From Eledone cirrhosa (Eukaryota), in assembly GCA_964016885.1 (NCBI GenBank), contig OZ024742.1:374666001-374730000 (forward strand): 64,000 nucleotides of DNA. Reading direction: 5' to 3'. Each line of letters begins with the position of its first letter. Within the stretch, counting starts at the first letter, position 1. Below, piece after piece: positions 34,401 to 49,400 of this stretch. Under the pieces are notes generated by a model. That model saw only the letters and a list, made by a program, of their open reading frames with translations, was not told where the DNA came from and did no database searches. The position numbers and the translations under genes were made by a program.

Positions 34401-37400
34401 CATGTTCTGGGGATAGACAGACAGCTAAGATGACTGTGTCTCACTGATAGGACTGTCATGTTCTGGGGATAGACAGACAGCTAAGATGACTGTGTCTCAC
34501 TCATAGGACTGTCATGTTCTGGGGATAGATAGACAGCTAAGATGACTGTGTCTCACTCATAGGACTGTCATGTTCTGGGGATAGATAGACAGCTAAGATG
34601 ACTGTGTCTCACTCATAGGACTGCCATGTTCTGGGGATAGACAGACAGCTAAGATGACTGTGTCTCACTCATAGGATTGTCATGTTCTGGGGATAGATAG
34701 ACAGCTAAGATGACTGTGTCACACTCATGGGACTGTCATGTTCCGGGGATAGATAGACAGCTAAATGACTGTGTCTCACTCATAGGACTGTCATGTTCTG
34801 GGGATAGACAGACAGCTAAGATGACTGTGTCTCACTGATAGGACTGTCATGTTCTGGGGATAGACAGACAGCTAAGATGACTGTGTCTCACTCATAGGAC
34901 TGTCATGTTCTGGGGATAGATAGACAGCTAAGATGACTGTGTCTCACTCATAGGTCTGTCATGTTTTGGGGATAGATAGACAGCTAAGATGACTGTGTCT
35001 CACTCATAGGGCTGTCATGTTCTGGGGATAGACAGACAGCTAAGATGACTGTCTCACTCATAGGACTGTCATGTTCTGGGGATAGATAGACAGCTAAGAT
35101 GACTGTGTCTCACTCATAGGACTGTCATGTTCTGGGGATAGATAGACAGCTAAGATGACTGTGTCTCACTCATAGGACTGTCATGTTCTGGGGATAGACA
35201 GACAGCTAAGATGACTGTGTCTCACTCATAGGACTGTCATGTTCTGGGGATAGATAGACAGCTAAGATGACTGTGTCACACTCATTGGACTGTCATGTTC
35301 TGGGGATAGATAGACAGCTAAGATGACTGTGTCTCACTCATAGGACTGTCATGTTCTGGGGATAGACAGACAGCTAAGATGACTGTGTCTCACTGATAGG
35401 ACTGTCATGTTCTGCTGATAGACAGACAGCTAAGATGACTGTGTCTCACTCATAGGACTGTCATGTTCTGGGGATAGATAGACAGCTAAGATGAATGTCT
35501 CACTCATAGGTCTGTCATGTTCTGGGGATAGATAGACAGTTAAGATGACTGTGTCTCACTCATAGGACTGTCATGTTCTGGGGATAGACAGACAGCTAAG
35601 ATGACTGTGTCTCACTCATAGGACTGTCATGTTCTGGGGATAGATAGACAGCTAAGATGACTGTGTCTCACTCATAGGACTGTTATGTTCTGGGGATAGA
35701 TAGACAGCTAAGATGACTGTGTCTCACTCATAGGACTGTCATGTTCTGGGGATAGACAGACAGCTTAGATGACTGTGTCTCACTCATAGGACTGTCATGT
35801 TCTGGGGATAGATAGACAGCTAAGATGACTGTGTCACACTCATAGGACTGTCATGTTCTGGGGATAGATAGACAGCTAAGATGACTGTGTCTCACTGATA
35901 GGACTGTCATGTTCTGGGGATAGACAGACAGCTAAGATGACTGTGTCTCACTGATAGGACTGTCATGTTCTGGGGATAGACAGACAGCTAAGATGACTGT
36001 GTCTCACTCATAGGACTGTCATGTTCTGGGGATAGACAGACAGCTAAGATGACTGTGTCTCACTCATAGGACTGTCATGTTCTGGGGATAGATAGACAGC
36101 TAAGATGACTGTGTCTCACTCATAGGACTGTCATGTTCTGGGGATAGATAGACAGCTAAGATGACTGTGTCTCACTCATAGGACTGTCATGTTCTGGGGA
36201 TAGACAGACAGCTAAGATGACTGTGTCTCACTCATAGGACTGTCATGTTCTGGGGATAGATAGACAGCTAAGATGACTGTGTCACACTCATAGGATTGTC
36301 ATGTTCTGGGGATAGATAGACAGCTAAATGACTGTGTCTCACTCATAGGACTGTCATGTTCTGGGGATAGACAGACAGCTAAGATGACTGTGTCTCACTG
36401 ATAGGACTGTCATGTTCTGGGGACAGACACACAGCTAAGATGACTGTCACACTCATAGGACTGTCCTGTTCTGGGGATAGACAGCTAAGATGACTGTGTC
36501 TCACTCATAGGAGTCATCTTCTGGGGATAGACAGACAGCTAAGATAACTGTCTCACTCATAGGACTGTCATGTACTTGGGATAGACAGCTAAGATGGCTG
36601 CGTCTCACTCATAGGACTGTCCTGTTCTGGGGACAGACAGCTAAGATGAATGTCTCACTCATAGGACTGTCATGTACTGGGAATAGACAGCTAAGATGGC
36701 TGCGTCTCACTCATAGGAGTCATCTTCTGGGGATAGACAGCTAAGTTGACTGTCTCACTCATAGGACTGTCATGTACTTGGGATAGACAGCTAAGATGAC
36801 AGTGTCTCACTCATAGGACTGTCCTGTTCTGGGGACAGACAGCTAAGATGACTGTCTCACTCATAGGACTGTCATGTTCTGGGGATAGACATCTAAGATG
36901 GCTGCGTCTCACTCATAGGACTGTCATGTTCTAGGGAGACACAGCTAAGATGACTGTGTCTCACTCATAGGACTGTCATGTTCTGGGGATAGATAGACAG
37001 CTAAGATAACTGTGTCTCACTCATAGGACTGTCATGTTCTGGGGATAGATAGACAGCTAAGATTACTGTGTCTCACTGATAGGACTGTCATGTTCTGGGG
37101 ATAGATAGACAGCTAAGATGACTGTGTCTCACTCATAGGACTGTCATGTTCTGGGGACAGACAGATAGCTAAGATGACTGTGTCTCACTGATAGGACTGT
37201 CATGTTCTGGGGATAGACAGACAGCTAAGATGACTGTCTCACTCATAGGACTGTCATGTTCTGGGGATAGATAGACAGCTAAGATGACTGTGTCTCACTC
37301 ATAGGACTGTCATGTTCTGGGGATAGACAGCTAAGATGACTGTGTCTCACTGATAGGACTGTCATGGTCTGGGGATAGATAAACAGCTAAGATGACTGTG

Positions 37401-40400
37401 TCTCACTCATAGGACTGTCATGTTCTGGGGATAGACAGCTAAGATGACTGTGTCTCACTGATAGGACTGTCATGTTCTGGGGATAGATAGACAGCTAAGA
37501 TGACTGTGTCTCACTAATAGGACTGTCATGTACTGGGGATAGACAGACAGCTAAGATGACTGTGTCTCACTAATAGGACTGTCATGTTCTGGGGATAGAC
37601 AGACAGCTAAGATGACTGTGTCTCACTGATAGGACTGTCATGTTCTGGGGATAGACAGCTAAGATGACAGTGTCTCACTGATAGGACTGTCATGTACTGG
37701 GGATAGACAGACAGCTAAGATGACTGTGTCACACTCATAGGACTGTCATGTTCTGGGGATAGACAGACAGCTAAGATGACTGTGTCTCACTCATAGGACT
37801 GTCATGTTCTGGGGATAGATAGACAGCTAAGATGACTGTCTCACTCATAGGACTGTCATGTTCTGGGGATAGACAGACAGCTAAGATGACTGTGTCTCAC
37901 TCATAGGACTGTCATGTTCTGGGGATAGACAGACAGCTAAGATGACTGTGTCTCACTCATAGGACTGTCATGTTCTGGGGATAGACAGACAGCTAAGATG
38001 ACTGTGTCTCACTCATAGGACTGTCATGTTCTGGGGATAGATAGAGAGCTAAGATGACTGTCTCACTCATAGGACTGTCATGTTCTGGGGATAGACAGAC
38101 AGCTAAGATGACTGTGTCTCACTCATAGAACTGTCATGTTCTGGGGATAGACAGACAGCTAAGATGACTGTGTCTCACTCATAGGACTGTCATGTTCTGG
38201 GGATAGATAGACAGCTAAGATGACTGTCTCACTCATAGGACTGTCATGTTCTGGGGACAGACAGACAGCTAAGATGACTGTGTCTCACTGATAGGACTGT
38301 CATGTTCTGGGGATAGACAGACAGCTAAGATGACTGTGTCTCACTCATAGGACTGTCATGTTCTGGGGATAGATAGACAGCTAAGATGACTGTGTCTCAC
38401 TAATAGGACTGTCATGTACTGGGGATAGACAGACAGCTAAGATGACTGTGTCACACTCATAGGACTGTCATGTTCTGGGGATAGACAGACAGCTAAGATG
38501 ACTGTGTCTCACTCATAGGACTGTCATGTTCTGGGGATAGATAGACAGCTAAGATGACTGTCTCACTCATAGGACTGTCATGTTCTGGGGATAGACAGAC
38601 AGCTAAGATGACTGTGTCTCACTCATAGGACTGTCATGTTCTGGGGATAGACAGACAGCTAAGATGACTGTGTCTCACTCATAGGACTGTCATGTTCTGG
38701 GGATAGACAGACAGCTAAGATGACTGTGTCTCACTCATAGGACTGTCATGTTCTGGGGATAGATAGACAGCTAAGATGACTGTCTCACTCATAGGACTGT
38801 CATGTTCTGGGGATAGACAGACAGCTAAGATGACTGTGTCTCACTCATAGGACTGTCATGTTCTGGGGATAGACAGACAGCTAAGATGACTGTGTCTCAC
38901 TCATAGGACTGCCATGTTCTGGGGATAGATAGACAGCTAAGATGACTGTCTCACTCATAGGACTGTCATGTTCTGGGGACAGACAGACAGCTAAGATGAC
39001 TGTGTCTCACTGATAGGACTGTCATGTTCTGGGGATAGACAGACAGCTAAGATGACTGTGTCTCACTCATAGGACTGTCATGTTCTGGGGATAGATAGAC
39101 AGCTAAGATGACTGTGTCTCACTAATAGGACTGTCATGTACTGGGGATAGACAGACAGCTAAGATGACTGTGTCACACTCATAGGACTGTCATGTTCTGG
39201 GGATAGACAGACAGCTAAGATGACTATCTCACTCATAGGACTGTCATGTTCTGGGGATAGACAGACAGCTAAGATGACTGTGTCTCACTCATAGGACTGT
39301 CATGTTCTGGGGATAGACAGACAGCTAAGATGACTGTGTCTCACTCATAGGACTGTCATGTTCTGGGGATAGACAGACAGCTAAGATGACTGTGTCTCAC
39401 TCATAGGACTGTCATGTTCTGGGGATAGATAGACAGCTAAGATGACTGTCTCACTCATAGGACTGTCATGTTCTGGGGATAGACAGACAGCTAAGATGAC
39501 TGTGTCTCACTCATAGGACTGTCATGTTCTGGGGATAGACAGACAGCTAAGATGACTGTGTCTCACTCATAGGACTGTCATGTTCTGGGGATAGACAGAC
39601 AGCTAAGATGACTGTGTCTCACTCATAGGACTGTCATGTTCTGGGGATAGATAGACAGCTAAGATGACTGTCTCACTCATAGGACTGTCATGTTCTGGGG
39701 ATAGACAGACAGCTAAGATGACTGTGTCTCACTCATAGGACTGTCATGTTCTGGGGATAGACAGACAGCTAAGATGACTGTGTCTCACTCATAGGACTGT
39801 CATGTTCTGGGGATAGATAGACAGCTAAGATGACTGTCTCACTCATAGGACTGTCATGTTCTGGGGACAGACAGACAGCTAAGATGACTGTGTCTCACTG
39901 ATAGGACTGTCATGTTCTGGGGATAGACAGACAGCTAAGATGACTGTGTCTCACTCATAGGACTGTCATGTTCTGGGGATAGATAGACAGCTAAGATGAC
40001 TGTGTCTCACTAATAGGACTGTCATGTACTGGGGATAGACAGACAGCTAAGATGACTGTGTCACACTCATAGGACTGTCATGTTCTGGGGATAGACAGAC
40101 AGCTAAGATGACTGTGTCTCACTCATAGGACTGTCATGTTCTGGGGATAGATAGACAGCTAAGATGACTGTCTCACTCATAGGACTGTCATGTTCTGGGG
40201 ATAGACAGACAGCTAAGATGACTGTGTCTCACTCATAGGACTGTCATGTTCTGGGGATAGACAGACAGCTAAGATGACTGTGTCTCACTCATAGGACTGT
40301 CATGTTCTGGGGATAGACAGACAGCTAAGATGACTGTGTCTCACTCATAGGACTGTCATGTTCTGGGGATAGATAGACAGCTAAGATGACTGTCTCACTC

Positions 40401-43400
40401 ATAGGACTGTCATGTTCTGGGGATAGACAGACAGCTAAGATGACTGTGTCTCACTCATAGGACTGTCATGTTCTGGGGATAGACAGACAGCTAAGATGAC
40501 TGTGTCTCACTCATAGGACTGCCATGTTCTGGGGATAGATAGACAGCTAAGATGACTGTCTCACTCATAGGACTGTCATGTTCTGGGGACAGACAGACAG
40601 CTAAGATGACTGTGTCTCACTGATAGGACTGTCATGTTCTGGGGATAGACAGACAGCTAAGATGACTGTGTCTCACTCATAGGACTGTCATGTTCTGGGG
40701 ATAGATAGACAGCTAAGATGACTGTGTCTCACTAATAGGACTGTCATGTACTGGGGATAGACAGACAGCTAAGATGACTGTGTCACACTCATAGGACTGT
40801 CATGTTCTGGGGATAGACAGACAGCTAAGATGACTGTCTCACTCATAGGACTGTCATGTTCTGGGGATAGACAGACAGCTAAGATGACTGTGTCTCACTC
40901 ATAGGACTGTCATGTTCTGGGGATAGACAGACAGCTAAGATGACTGTGTCTCACTCATAGGACTGTCATGTTCTGGGGATAGACAGACAGCTAAGATGAC
41001 TGTGTCTCACTCATAGGACTGTCATGTTCTGGGGATAGATAGACAGCTAAGATGACTGTCTCACTCATAGGACTGTCATGTTCTGGGGATAGACAGACAG
41101 CTAAGATGACTGTGTCTCACTCATAGGACTGTCATGTTCTGGGGATAGACAGACAGCTAAGATGACTGTGTCTCACTCATAGGACTGTCATGTTCTGGGG
41201 ATAGATAGACAGCTAAGATGACTGTCTCACTCATAGGACTGTCATGTTCTGGGGACAGACAGACAGCTAAGATGACTGTGTCTCACTGATAGGACTGTCA
41301 TGTTCTGGGGATAGACAGACAGCTAAGATGACTGTGTCTCACTCATAGGACTGTCATGTTCTGGGGATAGATAGACAGCTAAAATGACTGTGTCTCACTC
41401 ACAGGACTGTCATGTTCTGGAGATAGACGGCTAAGATGACTGTCTCACTCATAGGACTGTCATGTACTGGGGATAGATAGACAGCGAAGATGACTGTGTC
41501 ACACTCATAGGACTGTCATGTTCTGGGGATAGACAGACAGCTAAGATGACTGTCTCACTCATAGGACTGTCATGTTCTGGGGATAGATAGACAGCTAAGA
41601 TGACTGTGTCTCACTCATAGGACTGTCATGTTCTGGGGATAGACAGCTAAGATGACTGTGTCTCACTGATAGGACTGTCATGGTCTGGGGATAGATAAAC
41701 AGCTAAGATGACTGTGTCTCACTCATAGGACTGTCATGTTCTGGGGATAGACAGCTAAGATGACTGTGTCTCACTGATAGGACTGTCATGTTCTGGGGAT
41801 AGATAGACAGCTAAGATGACTGTGTCTCACTAATAGGACTGTCATGTACTGGGGATAGACAGACAGCTAAGATGACTGTGTCTCACTAATAGGACTGTCA
41901 TGTTCTGGGGATAGACAGACAGCTAAGATGACTGTGTCTCACTGATAGGACTGTCATGTTCTGGGGATAGACAGCTAAGATGACAGTGTCTCACTGATAG
42001 GACTGTCATGTACTGGGGATAGACAGACAGCTAAGATGACTGTGTCACACTCATAGGACTGTCATGTTCTGGGGATAGACAGACAGCTAAGATGACTGTG
42101 TCTCACTCATAGGACTGTCATGTTCTGGGGATAGATAGACAGCTAAGATGACTGTCTCACTCATAGGACTGTCATGTTCTGGGGATAGACAGACAGCTAA
42201 GATGACTGTGTCTCACTCATAGGACTGTCATGTTCTGGGGATAGACAGACAGCTAAGATGACTGTGTCTCACTCATAGGACTGTCATGTTCTGGGGATAG
42301 ACAGACAGCTAAGATGACTGTGTCTCACTCATAGGACTGTCATGTTCTGGGGATAGATAGACAGCTAAGATGACTGTCTCACTCATAGGACTGTCATGTT
42401 CTGGGGATAGACAGACAGCTAAGATGACTGTGTCTCACTCATAGGACTGTCATGTTCTGGGGATAGACAGACAGCTAAGATGACTGTGTCTCACTCATAG
42501 GACTGTCATGTTCTGGGGATAGATAGACAGCTAAGATGACTGTCTCACTCATAGGACTGTCATGTTCTGGGGACAGACAGACAGCTAAGATGACTGTGTC
42601 TCACTGATAGGACTGTCATGTTCTGGGGATAGACAGACAGCTAAAATGACTGTGTCTCACTCATAGGACTGTCATGTTCTGGGGATAGATAGACAGCTAA
42701 GATGACTGTGTCTCACTAATAGGACTGTCATGTACTGGGGATAGACAGACAGCTAAGATGACTGTGTCACACTCATAGGACTGTCATGTTCTGGGGATAG
42801 ACAGACAGCTAAGATGACTGTGTCTCACTCATAGGACTGTCATGTTCTGGGGATAGATAGACAGCTAAGATGACTGTCTCACTCATAGGACTGTCATGTT
42901 CTGGGGACAGACAGACAGCTAAGATGACTGTGTCTCACTGATAGGACTGTCATGTTCTGGGGATAGACAGACAGCTAAGATGACTGTGTCTCACTCATAG
43001 GACTGTCATGTTCTGGGGATAGATAGACAGCTAAGATGACTGTGTCTCACTAATAGGACTGTCATGTACTGGGGATAGACAGACAGCTAAGATGACTGTG
43101 TCACACTCATAGGACTGTCATGTTCTGGGGATAGACAGACAGCTAAGATGACTGTGTCTCACTCATAGGACTGTCATGTTCTGGGGATAGATAGACAGCT
43201 AAGATGACTGTCTCACTCATAGGACTGTCATGTTCTGGGGATAGACAGACAGCTAAGATGACTGTGTCTCACTCATAGGACTGTCATGTTCTGGGGATAG
43301 ACAGACAGCTAAGATGACTGTGTCTCACTCATAGGACTGTCATGTTCTGGGGATAGACAGACAGCTAAGATGACTGTGTCTCACTCATAGGACTGTCATG

Positions 43401-46400
43401 TTCTGGGGATAGATAGACAGCTAAGATGACTGTCTCACTCATAGGACTGTCATGTTCTGGGGATAGACAGACAGCTAAGATGACTGTGTCTCACTCATAG
43501 GACTGTCATGTTCTGGGGATAGACAGACAGCTAAGATGACTGTGTCTCACTCATAGGACTGCCATGTTCTGGGGATAGATAGACAGCTAAGATGACTGTC
43601 TCACTCATAGGACTGTCATGTTCTGGGGACAGACAGACAGCTAAGATGACTGTGTCTCACTGATAGGACTGTCATGTTCTGGGGATAGACAGACAGCTAA
43701 GATGACTGTGTCTCACTCATAGGACTGTCATGTTCTGGGGATAGATAGACAGCTAAGATGACTGTGTCTCACTAATAGGACTGTCATGTACTGGGGATAG
43801 ACAGACAGCTAAGATGACTGTGTCACACTCATAGGACTGTCATGTTCTGGGGATAGACAGACAGCTAAGATGACTATCTCACTCATAGGACTGTCATGTT
43901 CTGGGGATAGACAGACAGCTAAGATGACTGTGTCTCACTCATAGGACTGTCATGTTCTGGGGATAGACAGACAGCTAAGATGACTGTGTCTCACTCATAG
44001 GACTGTCATGTTCTGGGGATAGACAGACAGCTAAGATGACTGTGTCTCACTCATAGGACTGTCATGTTCTGGGGATAGATAGACAGCTAAGATGACTGTC
44101 TCACTCATAGGACTGTCATGTTCTGGGGATAGACAGACAGCTAAGATGACTGTGTCTCACTCATAGGACTGTCATGTTCTGGGGATAGACAGACAGCTAA
44201 GATGACTGTGTCTCACTCATAGGACTGTCATGTTCTGGGGATAGACAGACAGCTAAGATGACTGTGTCTCACTCATAGGACTGTCATGTTCTGGGGATAG
44301 ATAGACAGCTAAGATGACTGTCTCACTCATAGGACTGTCATGTTCTGGGGATAGACAGACAGCTAAGATGACTGTGTCTCACTCATAGGACTGTCATGTT
44401 CTGGGGATAGACAGACAGCTAAGATGACTGTGTCTCACTCATAGGACTGTCATGTTCTGGGGATAGATAGACAGCTAAGATGACTGTCTCACTCATAGGA
44501 CTGTCATGTTCTGGGGACAGACAGACAGCTAAGATGACTGTGTCTCACTGATAGGACTGTCATGTTCTGGGGATAGACAGACAGCTAAGATGACTGTGTC
44601 TCACTCATAGGACTGTCATGTTCTGGGGATAGATAGACAGCTAAGATGACTGTGTCTCACTAATAGGACTGTCATGTACTGGGGATAGACAGACAGCTAA
44701 GATGACTGTGTCACACTCATAGGACTGTCATGTTCTGGGGATAGACAGACAGCTAAGATGACTGTGTCTCACTCATAGGACTGTCATGTTCTGGGGATAG
44801 ATAGACAGCTAAGATGACTGTCTCACTCATAGGACTGTCATGTTCTGGGGATAGACAGACAGCTAAGATGACTGTGTCTCACTCATAGGACTGTCATGTT
44901 CTGGGGATAGACAGACAGCTAAGATGACTGTGTCTCACTCATAGGACTGTCATGTTCTGGGGATAGACAGACAGCTAAGATGACTGTGTCTCACTCATAG
45001 GACTGTCATGTTCTGGGGATAGATAGACAGCTAAGATGACTGTCTCACTCATAGGACTGTCATGTTCTGGGGATAGACAGACAGCTAAGATGACTGTGTC
45101 TCACTCATAGGACTGTCATGTTCTGGGGATAGACAGACAGCTAAGATGACTGTGTCTCACTCATAGGACTGCCATGTTCTGGGGATAGATAGACAGCTAA
45201 GATGACTGTCTCACTCATAGGACTGTCATGTTCTGGGGACAGACAGACAGCTAAGATGACTGTGTCTCACTGATAGGACTGTCATGTTCTGGGGATAGAC
45301 AGACAGCTAAGATGACTGTGTCTCACTCATAGGACTGTCATGTTCTGGGGATAGATAGACAGCTAAGATGACTGTGTCTCACTAATAGGACTGTCATGTA
45401 CTGGGGATAGACAGACAGCTAAGATGACTGTGTCACACTCATAGGACTGTCATGTTCTGGGGATAGACAGACAGCTAAGATGACTGTCTCACTCATAGGA
45501 CTGTCATGTTCTGGGGATAGACAGACAGCTAAGATGACTGTGTCTCACTCATAGGACTGTCATGTTCTGGGGATAGACAGACAGCTAAGATGACTGTGTC
45601 TCACTCATAGGACTGTCATGTTCTGGGGATAGACAGACAGCTAAGATGACTGTGTCTCACTCATAGGACTGTCATGTTCTGGGGATAGATAGACAGCTAA
45701 GATGACTGTCTCACTCATAGGACTGTCATGTTCTGGGGATAGACAGACAGCTAAGATGACTGTGTCTCACTCATAGGACTGTCATGTTCTGGGGATAGAC
45801 AGACAGCTAAGATGACTGTGTCTCACTCATAGGACTGTCATGTTCTGGGGATAGATAGACAGCTAAGATGACTGTCTCACTCATAGGACTGTCATGTTCT
45901 GGGGACAGACAGACAGCTAAGATGACTGTGTCTCACTGATAGGACTGTCATGTTCTGGGGATAGACAGACAGCTAAGATGACTGTGTCTCACTCATAGGA
46001 CTGTCATGTTCTGGGGATAGATAGACAGCTAAAATGACTGTCTCACTCACAGGACTGTCATGTTCTGGAGATAGACGGCTAAGATGACTGTCTCACTCAT
46101 AGGACTGTCATGTACTGGGGATAGATAGACAGCGAAGATGACTGTGTCACACTCATAGGACTGTCATGTTCTGGGGATAGACAGACAGCTAAGATGACTG
46201 TCTCACTCATAGGACTGTCATGTTCTGGGGATAGATAGACAGCTAAGATGACTGTGTCTCACTCATAGGACTGTCATGTTCTGGGGATAGACAGCTAAGA
46301 TGACTGTGTCTCACTGATAGGACTGTCATGGTCTGGGGATAGATAAACAGCTAAGATGACTGTGTCTCACTCATAGGACTGTCATGTTCTGGGGATAGAC

Positions 46401-49400
46401 AGCTAAGATGACTGTGTCTCACTGATAGGACTGTCATGTTCTGGGGATAGATAGACAGCTAAGATGACTGTGTCTCACTAATAGGACTGTCATGTACTGG
46501 GGATAGACAGACAGCTAAGATGACTGTGTCTCACTAATAGGACTGTCATGTTCTGGGGATAGACAGACAGCTAAGATGACTGTGTCTCACTGATAGGACT
46601 GTCATGTTCTGGGGATAGACAGCTAAGATGACAGTGTCTCACTGATAGGACTGTCATGTACTGGGGATAGACAGACAGCTAAGATGACTGTGTCACACTC
46701 ATAGGACTGTCATGTTCTGGGGATAGACAGACAGCTAAGATGACTGTGTCTCACTCATAGGACTGTCATGTTCTGGGGATAGATAGACAGCTAAGATGAC
46801 TGTCTCACTCATAGGACTGTCATGTTCTGGGGATAGACAGACAGCTAAGATGACTGTGTCTCACTCATAGGACTGTCATGTTCTGGGGATAGACAGACAG
46901 CTAAGATGACTGTGTCTCACTCATAGGACTGTCATGTTCTGGGGATAGACAGACAGCTAAGATGACTGTGTCTCACTCATAGGACTGTCATGTTCTGGGG
47001 ATAGATAGACAGCTAAGATGACTGTCTCACTCATAGGACTGTCATGTTCTGGGGATAGACAGACAGCTAAGATGACTGTGTCTCACTCATAGGACTGTCA
47101 TGTTCTGGGGATAGACAGACAGCTAAGATGACTGTGTCTCACTCATAGGACTGTCATGTTCTGGGGATAGATAGACAGCTAAGATGACTGTCTCACTCAT
47201 AGGACTGTCATGTTCTGGGGACAGACAGACAGCTAAGATGACTGTGTCTCACTGATAGGACTGTCATGTTCTGGGGATAGACAGACAGCTAAAATGACTG
47301 TGTCTCACTCATAGGACTGTCATGTTCTGGGGATAGATAGACAGCTAAGATGACTGTGTCTCACTAATAGGACTGTCATGTACTGGGGATAGACAGACAG
47401 CTAAGATGACTGTGTCACACTCATAGGACTGTCATGTTCTGGGGATAGACAGACAGCTAAGATGACTGTGTCTCACTCATAGGACTGTCATGTTCTGGGG
47501 ATAGATAGACAGCTAAGATGACTGTCTCACTCATAGGACTGTCATGTTCTGGGGATAGACAGACAGCTAAGATGACTGTGTCTCACTCATAGGACTGTCA
47601 TGTTCTGGGGATAGACAGACAGCTAAGATGACTGTGTCTCACTCATAGGACTGTCATGTTCTGGGGATAGACAGACAGCTAAGATGACTGTGTCTCACTC
47701 ATAGGACTGTCATGTTCTGGGGATAGATAGACAGCTAAGATGACTGTCTCACTCATAGGACTGTCATGTTCTGGGGATAGACAGACAGCTAAGATGACTG
47801 TGTCTCACTCATAGGACTGTCATGTTCTGGGGATAGACAGACAGCTAAGATGACTGTGTCTCACTCATAGGACTGCCATGTTCTGGGGATAGATAGACAG
47901 CTAAGATGACTGTCTCACTCATAGGACTGTCATGTTCTGGGGACAGACAGACAGCTAAGATGACTGTGTCTCACTGATAGGACTGTCATGTTCTGGGGAT
48001 AGACAGACAGCTAAGATGACTGTGTCTCACTCATAGGACTGTCATGTTCTGGGGATAGATAGACAGCTAAGATGACTGTGTCTCACTAATAGGACTGTCA
48101 TGTACTGGGGATAGACAGACAGCTAAGATGACTGTGTCACACTCATAGGACTGTCATGTTCTGGGGATAGACAGACAGCTAAGATGACTGTGTCTCACTC
48201 ATAGGACTGTCATGTTCTGGGGATAGATAGACAGCTAAGATGACTGTCTCACTCATAGGACTGTCATGTTCTGGGGATAGACAGACAGCTAAGATGACTG
48301 TGTCTCACTCATAGGACTGTCATGTTCTGGGGATAGACAGACAGCTAAGATGACTGTGTCTCACTCATAGGACTGTCATGTTCTGGGGATAGACAGACAG
48401 CTAAGATGACTGTGTCTCACTCATAGGACTGTCATGTTCTGGGGATAGATAGACAGCTAAGATGACTGTCTCACTCATAGGACTGTCATGTTCTGGGGAC
48501 AGACAGACAGCTAAGATGACTGTGTCTCACTCATAGGACTGTCATGTTCTGGGGATAGACAGACAGCTAAGATGACTGTGTCTCACTCATAGGACTGTCA
48601 TGTTCTGGGGATAGATAGACAGCTAAAATGACTGTGTCTCACTCATAGGACTGTCATGTTCTGGGGATAGATAGACAGCTAAAATGACTGTGTCTCACTC
48701 ACAGGACTGTCATGTTCTGGAGATAGACGGCTAAGATGACTGTCTCACTCATAGGACTGTCATGTTCTGGGGACAGACAGACAGCTAAGATGACTGTGTC
48801 TCACTCATAGGACTGTTATGTTCTGGGGATAGATAGACAGCTAAGATGACTGTGTCTCACTCATAGGACTGTCATGTTCTGGGGATAGACAGACAGCTTA
48901 GATGACTGTGTCTCACTCATAGGACTGTCATGTTCTGGGGATAGATAGACAGCTAAGATGACTGTGTCACACTCATAGGACTGTCATGTTCTGGGGATAG
49001 ATAGACAGCTAAGATGACTGTGTCTCACTGATAGGACTGTCATGTTCTGGGGATAGACAGACAGCTAAGATGACTGTGTCTCACTGATAGGACTGTCATG
49101 TTCTGGGGATAGACAGACAGCTAAGATGACTGTGTCTCACTCATAGGACTGTCATGTTCTGGGGATAGACAGACAGCTAAGATGACTGTGTCTCACTCAT
49201 AGGACTGTCATGTTCTGGGGATAGATAGACAGCTAAGATGACTGTGTCTCACTCATAGGACTGTCATGTTCTGGGGATAGATAGACAGCTAAGATGACTG
49301 TGTCTCACTCATAGGACTGTCATGTTCTGGGGATAGACAGACAGCTAAGATGACTGTGTCTCACTCATAGGACTGTCATGTTCTGGGGATAGATAGACAG

